A stretch of 64,000 nt of DNA from contig JBFLWF010000007.1 of the NCBI GenBank assembly GCA_040758355.1, positions 38,573-102,572 on the forward strand. Reading direction: 5' to 3'. Position numbers and translations under genes: made by a program. Below are positions 58,350 to 64,000 of this stretch, piece after piece; within the stretch, counting starts at the first letter, position 1, and each line of letters opens with the position of its first letter. The notes beneath the pieces are model-generated. The model did no database searches. It saw only the letters and a program-made list of their open reading frames with translations, and had not been told where the DNA came from. The DNA comes from Nitrospirota bacterium. GTDB lineage: Bacteria; Nitrospirota; Thermodesulfovibrionia; Thermodesulfovibrionales; Dissulfurispiraceae.

Positions 58350-61070
58350 CTATTCCGACAGCGCCTTTTTGATGGCCTGTGCGATTGAATGGCGCGTAAA
58401 CGGTTTTTGCACAAACCCTGCAGCGCCGCTTTTTAGAAGCTTATCTATACCTGCAAAACCTTCATGGCTATAGCCTGAACAGAGTATTATTTTTATATCG
58501 GGCTTTATTGTCTTCAGCGCCTGAAATACCTCGCTGCCCCCCATTTTTGGCATTATCATGTCAACAATCACGAGGGATATCCTGTCTTTCATGGTTCTGA
58601 AGAGGTTTATGCCGTCGCTGCCGCTTCCTGCAAGCATGACTGCGTATCCCAGGGGTTCCAGCATGTCCTTGCATAGTTCCCTGACGTCAGCCTCATCGTC
58701 TATCACGAGTATTGTCCCCGAACCCATTATGTCTTCGGCTTCGCCTGATTCCTCCGCCTCTGCGGTTTTTGTGATGGGCAGGTATATATTGAACCTTGTC
58801 CCTTTGAACGGCTCGCTGTAGAGGTTTACGTATCCTCCGTGATTGCTTACGACCGAATGAACTATGTAGAGCCCGAGCCCTGTGCCTTTTCCTGTCTCCT
58901 TTGTTGTGAAGAAAGGATCGAATATCTTTCTCTGCGTCTCTGTGTCCATGCCTGTGCCTGTATCGGAAACGGATAATTTTATGAACCCGCCTTTGTCAAA
59001 AGGTATGCCGTTGGCAGCACTGTTCTCTGTTCCCACCACAGCCGTCTCTATGATTAACCTTCCTCCATCCTGCATGGCATCGCGGGCATTTACGGCAAGG
59101 TTCATGATCACCTGCTGCATCTGTGAGGGGTCTGCCATTATTTTTGGGACGTCTTCTTTATAAAGGTTTATTACAATCTCTATGTTCTTGGGAATGCTCC
59201 TCTGAAGGAGTTCCATGGAGTTGTGTATTATCTCGTTTATATTGACAGGCTTTGCCTCCATCTTTTCTTTGCGAGTTACCATAAGGATCTTCTTTGCCAG
59301 ATCCGCGCCCTTCTGCGCTGCATTGTTAATGATGGTTGCAGGTCTATGGAACGGCTCTCCCTCTTTTGTCATGCCCAGCATAATCTCTGAATACCCGAGT
59401 ATTGCTGTCAGGAGGTTGTTGAAGTCATGGGCTATCCCGCCTGCAAGTGTACCGATTGCCTCCATCTTCTGCGCCCTTAAAAGCTGTTCATATAGCTTTT
59501 TCTCCTGTGTTACATCCCTCTGGATAGAGGCATAGTGGACATCTCCTTCTGCGTAAATGGGGAAGATGACTGACGATGCATAATATATCTCTCCGTTCTT
59601 TTTCCTGTTTATGAATTCTCCTTTCCATGCATCTCCTGCCTTGATGGTATTCCACAGGTTTTTATAAAAGTCTTCATCGTGGTAGCCGCTCTTCAATATA
59701 TTGGTCTTTTTGCCGATGGTCTCTTCCCCTGAATAGCCCGTAACTGTTTCAAATGCAGGGTTGACGTATGTGATGTATCCATCGGCATCCGTAACTACAA
59801 TTACATCGAAGGCAGAGTCTATGACCTGCTGGAATCTTTGAAGCTGCATCAAGCTTTCGGCCTTATTGAGTGCTATTGCTGCATCCGCGGAAATGGCCTT
59901 GAGGATGCTCTCGTCATCGTCAGTAAACCCTTCGGGTTTATTGCCGAAATATAGAGCGCCGACCGGCCTCCCTTCACCCGAAAATATGGGATATGCCAAC
60001 AGATTCCTTATTACAGGATGTCCTTCTGGAAATGAGCCGCTGAATGCAGGATGCTCCGATACATTGTCTATGCGAACAGGTGTAATGGAAAGACGCATAA
60101 ATGCCAGCAGCCCTTTGCCTTCAGGCAATGCATCTCCGGTTCTTATTGTTGTGCCCCTTGTAATGAGTCTTTTGAATTTCCCCTTGTCGTCATAAAGGGC
60201 AATGGCAGCAAGCTCTGCATTTATCAATTGGCTGGCTCTGTCAATGATTAAATTGAGTATTTCGTCTATCGAGAAATATTCATGTATGGATACGGCAATG
60301 TTGTGAAGTGTCTGGCACTGCGCTGTCTTTTTGTTGAGCCTTTCGAATGCGCTGTTTATGGCAGAACCGACCGTGTCCAGTTCTGTTATGCCTGTTCCAT
60401 TTACCCCTTGACCGTCCTGTATATTGGATATCATAGTTTTTATGGGATTCTGGAGGTTTTTCCGCATGACAAGAAAGGTAACCACGACAATCAGTATACA
60501 GCTTATGGCAATTAAAGGAGCCATGAGTGCGGTTGTAGTGTCTCTGGATAAGAGGTATATAAAGGGGATGAGGGGTTCTTCTATGAAGACCACCTTATAG
60601 TTCCAAAGTGGAATGTTTATTACAGAGCCGCCGATATGTGCGAGTGCCTTGCTAAAATGAAAATCTCCTTCTTCAGGCAGTTGGGGCTGCAGAGATTTCA
60701 TCGATGTGCTGTCGAGGGAGGAATAGACCGTCTTACCGTCAGTGGTCTTTATAAATCCGGCGAGGTTGTTGCTTGACCAGTATGATTTTATCTCGTCGAT
60801 CACCGCTTTTTTCTTTGCATCCACAACCATCTCTTTGCCGAGGAGTTGGGATGTTGTTAGCTCATTAATTGCGGTGTCCACTATTTTTTGAACTTCGGAT
60901 GAATGCCTGGATATGATGAATGTGTGGTATTCCCAGAATACATTTTTCGAGACCTGATAGCCGACAATGAGCAGGGACAGCATTATGACGGTAAGAAAGA
61001 CGAGTAAGGGAGTTATAATTTTGAATCTTATGCTGCTTCTGTCAATCATTATATTTTTTAAATAGTTCAT
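58350..61070 (-). CDS. Hybrid sensor histidine kinase (TM-GAF-PAS-HisKA-HATPase-REC)
   Basis: FPEGHP GAF motif, YVNPAFETVTGY PAS, GGIAHDFNNLL, GKGTGLGL, receiver; start may be about 61049. Confidence 0.92.
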   Translation of the reverse strand: MNYLKNIMIDRSSIRFKIITPLLVFLTVIMLSLLIVGYQVSKNVFWEYHTFIISRHSSEVQKIVDTAINELTTSQLLGKEMVVDAKKKAVIDEIKSYWSSNNLAGFIKTTDGKTVYSSLDSTSMKSLQPQLPEEGDFHFSKALAHIGGSVINIPLWNYKVVFIEEPLIPFIYLLSRDTTTALMAPLIAISCILIVVVTFLVMRKNLQNPIKTMISNIQDGQGVNGTGITELDTVGSAINSAFERLNKKTAQCQTLHNIAVSIHEYFSIDEILNLIIDRASQLINAELAAIALYDDKGKFKRLITRGTTIRTGDALPEGKGLLAFMRLSITPVRIDNVSEHPAFSGSFPEGHPVIRNLLAYPIFSGEGRPVGALYFGNKPEGFTDDDESILKAISADAAIALNKAESLMQLQRFQQVIDSAFDVIVVTDADGYITYVNPAFETVTGYSGEETIGKKTNILKSGYHDEDFYKNLWNTIKAGDAWKGEFINRKKNGEIYYASSVIFPIYAEGDVHYASIQRDVTQEKKLYEQLLRAQKMEAIGTLAGGIAHDFNNLLTAILGYSEIMLGMTKEGEPFHRPATIINNAAQKGADLAKKILMVTRKEKMEAKPVNINEIIHNSMELLQRSIPKNIEIVINLYKEDVPKIMADPSQMQQVIMNLAVNARDAMQDGGRLIIETAVVGTENSAANGIPFDKGGFIKLSVSDTGTGMDTETQRKIFDPFFTTKETGKGTGLGLYIVHSVVSNHGGYVNLYSEPFKGTRFNIYLPITKTAEAEESGEAEDIMGSGTILVIDDEADVRELCKDMLEPLGYAVMLAGSGSDGINLFRTMKDRISLVIVDMIMPKMGGSEVFQALKTIKPDIKIILCSGYSHEGFAGIDKLLKSGAAGFVQKPFTRHSIAQAIKKALSE

Positions 61071-61896
61071 GGAGCTTTAAGATGTTCTGAATATAATCTT
61101 TGGGAGGCAGTGTAAAGCCGTACCGTAATTCGGGGTCCCAGTTCTTCACGATATTTCTATCGGAACCATCGTGCAGCGGTTTTAGTTTCAGGAGTGCATT
61201 CATAAATTTTTTCTCGATGTCAGGATTAATATTGGATGCGGTGCAGAACGAGTGATGGGGGAGCGGTTCGGAAACCTTCAATACCTTGAATTTCAACCCT
61301 CTGAATTTTTCGAATACCGATACTTTGGTAGCGCCTGCCGTAACCTCATTGCTTGCAACCGCATTTATAATCTTTTCATGGCTTTTCAGAAAAACCGGTT
61401 TTATCATGTCCATTGTTATCCCCTCATCCTCAAGCATCTTCCTCGGAACAATACTGGAGGATGTGGAGTCCCTGTCTCCAAAGGCAAAGGATTTGCCTTT
61501 AAGTTCTTTTAGTGAATTGATTTTATGGTTATTGGTGAAGATTATCGATCGGTAAAACGGCTTTCTATCGTCTCCGAGGATTACCACCAAAGGTTTTACC
61601 CTGCATTTTTGGTATGCAAGACCGAAAGGGTTCGGTCCGAGATAGGCTATGGAAACCTCGCCGCTGCATATGCCGTCAATTATTGCATCATAGTTGTGGT
61701 ATAGTTTTAATTCCCATGCAATACCTGTTGTCTTGTTGAGATAATCTATAAATGGCTCGTAAAAATGCCATATTTTATCCGGCGCATAATAAGGAAGGAT
61801 TCCTATGTATACCGTATTCTCCGCTGCATATCCATGAGGGACAGCAGAAAATATCAGGACAAGAAAGGCTATGATTATAAAAAACTTTTTTACCAT
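61042..61896 (-). CDS. PhnD-like phosphate/phosphonate-binding periplasmic protein
   Basis: Signal peptide; LKGKSFAFGDRDSTSS; SHEKII; SEPLP. Confidence 0.8.
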   Translation of the reverse strand: MVKKFFIIIAFLVLIFSAVPHGYAAENTVYIGILPYYAPDKIWHFYEPFIDYLNKTTGIAWELKLYHNYDAIIDGICSGEVSIAYLGPNPFGLAYQKCRVKPLVVILGDDRKPFYRSIIFTNNHKINSLKELKGKSFAFGDRDSTSSSIVPRKMLEDEGITMDMIKPVFLKSHEKIINAVASNEVTAGATKVSVFEKFRGLKFKVLKVSEPLPHHSFCTASNINPDIEKKFMNALLKLKPLHDGSDRNIVKNWDPELRYGFTLPPKDYIQNILKLHELFKKYND

Positions 61897-61937
61897 TTAC
61901 AAAAACTTTACATCAAGGCTGAATAGATTGTCAATCA

Positions 61938-62148
61938 ACCATAATTCGTAATCATGGATAGCAGGTATGCTCTCAAAGCCTTAAATAATGCGATGAAAAC
62001 CGTATTGCCTGTTTTTTTTTGCTGAATGCAAAAGGTGATGCTGAAGTTACCCTTAAACAGCGGGAGGGATCGGCTCTGAGGTATCGCTATTTAAGGTTTT
62101 TCGGCACACCTGCTATCCATATATAGAAAGTTTCATTACGATTATGGT
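61938..62148. other. Long imperfect hairpin (ncRNA or MITE candidate)
   Basis: ATGGATAGCAGGT (61954-61966) / ACCTGCTATCCAT (62108-62120); AAAGCCTTAAATA / TATTTAAGGTTTT; outer ACCATAAT / ATTATGGT. Confidence 0.6.
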
Positions 62149-62198
62149 CAATTTTTGTAGATTTATGTCTTAATTTATGATTTAATTATGAAATCGTT

Positions 62199-63398
62199 AT
62201 GACTAATATCGAGCTTTCATCAATTCTGGCATCGATTCAGGATGCACTGAGATCTATTTCTCCATATATTCATAAAACCCCTCTGGTATATTCCAACTCA
62301 TTCAGCAAAATGTTTGACGCAGAGGTTTATATAAAGGCTGAAAATCTCCAAAAGACTGGCTCTTTTAAGGTGCGGGGGGCATTCAATAAATTAATGAAAT
62401 TCAAGACTGATAAGGTCATTGCAGCATCAATGGGCAACCATGCACAGGGCGTTGCCTTTGCTGCTGCCGGCCTCGGCATAAAGGCAAAGATAGCAATGCC
62501 TTTGACTGCCTCCATCGTCAAACAGGAGGCGACAAAGGGATATGGTGCAGAAGTCGTCTTGCATGGCGAGACCTTTAGCGATGCCCTGAATTATGCAATT
62601 TCCCAGAAGGACTACACATTCATCCATGCATTTGACGATGAAGATATAATCGCAGGTCAGGGAACAATAGGGCTTGAGATTGCAAATGAATTGCAAGACA
62701 TAGATGTAGTACTTGTGCCTGTCGGAGGAGGAGGGCTTATCTCAGGCATATCCATAGCAATTAAGAGCCTATCACCAGATTCAGAAGTTATAGGTGTTCA
62801 AACAGTATCTGCCACATCTGCATATGACTCCTTTCATACAAGGGGAATTGTGGAAAGGATTCCCCGGCCAACACTCGCAGATGGAATAGCTGTTGGAAGG
62901 ATTGGGAATAAAACATTCGAGGTCATGCAGAGATATGTGGATGATATTATCAAGGTCAGCGAAGAATCTATTGCAATGTCGGTGCTTTTATTCCTTGAGA
63001 GGAAAAAGCTTGTCGTTGAAGGGGCAGGGGCTGTCCCGCTTGCTGCATTAATTGAACAAAAAGATAGATTTAAGGATAAAAGGATAGTATTGGTTGTGAG
63101 CGGAGGCAATATCGATTTTACACTTATCGACAGGATAATCCATAAGGGTCTTGTTTCGAGCGGCAGGATAGGGGTGTTCAAGGTCATTGTGGATGATGTG
63201 CCGGGCGGTCTGCATAAGATTACTGGTATTATTGCTGCACAGAGAGGGAATATTCTTAATGTAGTTCATGACAGGCTATCTCAGGATGTGCCCATCGGAA
63301 AGACTATGGTGATATTTACTGTAGAGACAAAGGGGGCTGTTCATCTTGAAGAGATAATATCTGCTATAAGAGAATCGGGTTTTAGAATTCTTCAATAG
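62199..63398 (+). CDS. ilvA: Threonine ammonia-lyase with C-terminal ACT domain
   Basis: KAENLQKTGSFKVRGA, SMGNHAQG, PVGGGGL, SGGNID. Confidence 0.92.
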   Translation: MTNIELSSILASIQDALRSISPYIHKTPLVYSNSFSKMFDAEVYIKAENLQKTGSFKVRGAFNKLMKFKTDKVIAASMGNHAQGVAFAAAGLGIKAKIAMPLTASIVKQEATKGYGAEVVLHGETFSDALNYAISQKDYTFIHAFDDEDIIAGQGTIGLEIANELQDIDVVLVPVGGGGLISGISIAIKSLSPDSEVIGVQTVSATSAYDSFHTRGIVERIPRPTLADGIAVGRIGNKTFEVMQRYVDDIIKVSEESIAMSVLLFLERKKLVVEGAGAVPLAALIEQKDRFKDKRIVLVVSGGNIDFTLIDRIIHKGLVSSGRIGVFKVIVDDVPGGLHKITGIIAAQRGNILNVVHDRLSQDVPIGKTMVIFTVETKGAVHLEEIISAIRESGFRILQ

Positions 63399-63685
63399 CT
63401 CAATTTACAGCACTTTGTCTTCCAGATAATGCATTTATATGGAGGCATGAACAGCTAAAAGTCTTTACAATTCGCAATTTTTTGAAACAATCCAGTATGT
63501 TTGGCGTGGATTTTTTTATTGCATAAGTTGTAACAGTCATCCTCAATAATGTGGCGAGGTAAAGCCTTTTATCTGCCCATGCCTCCATATCTTCGAAGTT
63601 TAATTGCATTTTTCGGTTTTATGAATAATATGGCTTATAAGAAATTTTTCTTGACAACATAATATCATTATAATATTATATCGAC

Positions 63686-64000
63686 ATGATGCAAGATGAA
63701 ATACCGCCATTGCAAAACAAAACAGTGGACAGATTCACCCAGGAAAAGCTCTATATCCAGCTCATGAGGATATTTCTGGAGCTGATAAACTCAGGGAACT
63801 GGCAGCTTGGACAGCAAATCCCCACAGAAGAAGACCTCTGCAAGAAATACAATGTCAGCAAGATAACGATTAGGCAGGCCATAAATAATCTTGTATCAGA
63901 CGGCTATCTTATAAAAATCCAAGGGAAAGGAACTTTTGTTGCCGGTACGCTGCCTGTTGTCGGGCTTGCCATGAAGACCAAGCTCACAGAAGAGATGTTC
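63686..64000 (+). CDS. GntR family transcriptional regulator (3' truncated by window)
   Basis: KLYIQL..IPTEEDLCKKYNVSKITIRQAINNLVSDGYLIKIQGKGTFV; TTGACA-17-TATTAT promoter. Confidence 0.88.
   Translation, partial: MMQDEIPPLQNKTVDRFTQEKLYIQLMRIFLELINSGNWQLGQQIPTEEDLCKKYNVSKITIRQAINNLVSDGYLIKIQGKGTFVAGTLPVVGLAMKTKLTEEMF

Noticed and set aside
62012..62020. T9 run as a phase-variable tract
   Set aside because: Non-coding, short, and inside the long hairpin.
113..63269. Numerous short antisense or alternate-frame ORFs in the track (e.g. 5413-6183, 16473-16994, 42635-43327, 54448-54747)
   Set aside because: Shadows of well-supported genes with no family motifs.
63400..63609. 69-aa minus-strand ORF
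   Set aside because: No recognisable motif or SD; cannot be supported.
1..64000. CRISPR array or guide-RNA array
   Set aside because: Repeats are contiguous 7-9-mers or hairpins with no unique spacers; no cas-like gene seen.
1..64000. tRNA/rRNA genes, transposases, integrases, reverse transcriptase (DGR/retron)
   Set aside because: No recognisable motifs by eye; any mobilising enzyme other than the GxxExxY candidate would lie outside the window.

Overview
Bacterial core-chromosome window, largely housekeeping. Gene style and order suggest a Nitrospirota/Thermodesulfovibrionia-like or deltaproteobacterial anaerobe (inference only). Main blocks: pgeF-CBS-tsaE-nadK; udg-HIT-gmhA-ruvCAB-queH-spoIID-queA; phoH-HD-ybeY...dgkA interrupted by an MCP/fliL/NHEJ insert; a c-di-GMP-I riboswitch; typA, pilD, recG, nusA-rimP, secG-tpiA; a heme-protein/MCP cluster; lysS-lolCDE; a small TA island; thrS-infC-rpmI-rplT-pheST; two hybrid kinases; ilvA. 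I saw no rRNA, tRNA, CRISPR array or transposase. The most striking unexplained structure is a window-wide population of tiny palindromic inserts: (i) paired inverted 7/8-mer tandem arrays sitting on stop codons, (ii) solo 7/9-mer arrays and perfect hairpins read in frame inside conserved genes, (iii) a GxxExxY nuclease gene bracketed exactly by doubled inverted repeats, a possible loaded version of such an element. A second theme is unusual translation initiation: many apparently leaderless genes, and SD-led genes that seem to start at ACG/ATT/ATA (phoH, thrS, fliL, infC). Product calls come from motif recognition by eye; no searches were run.
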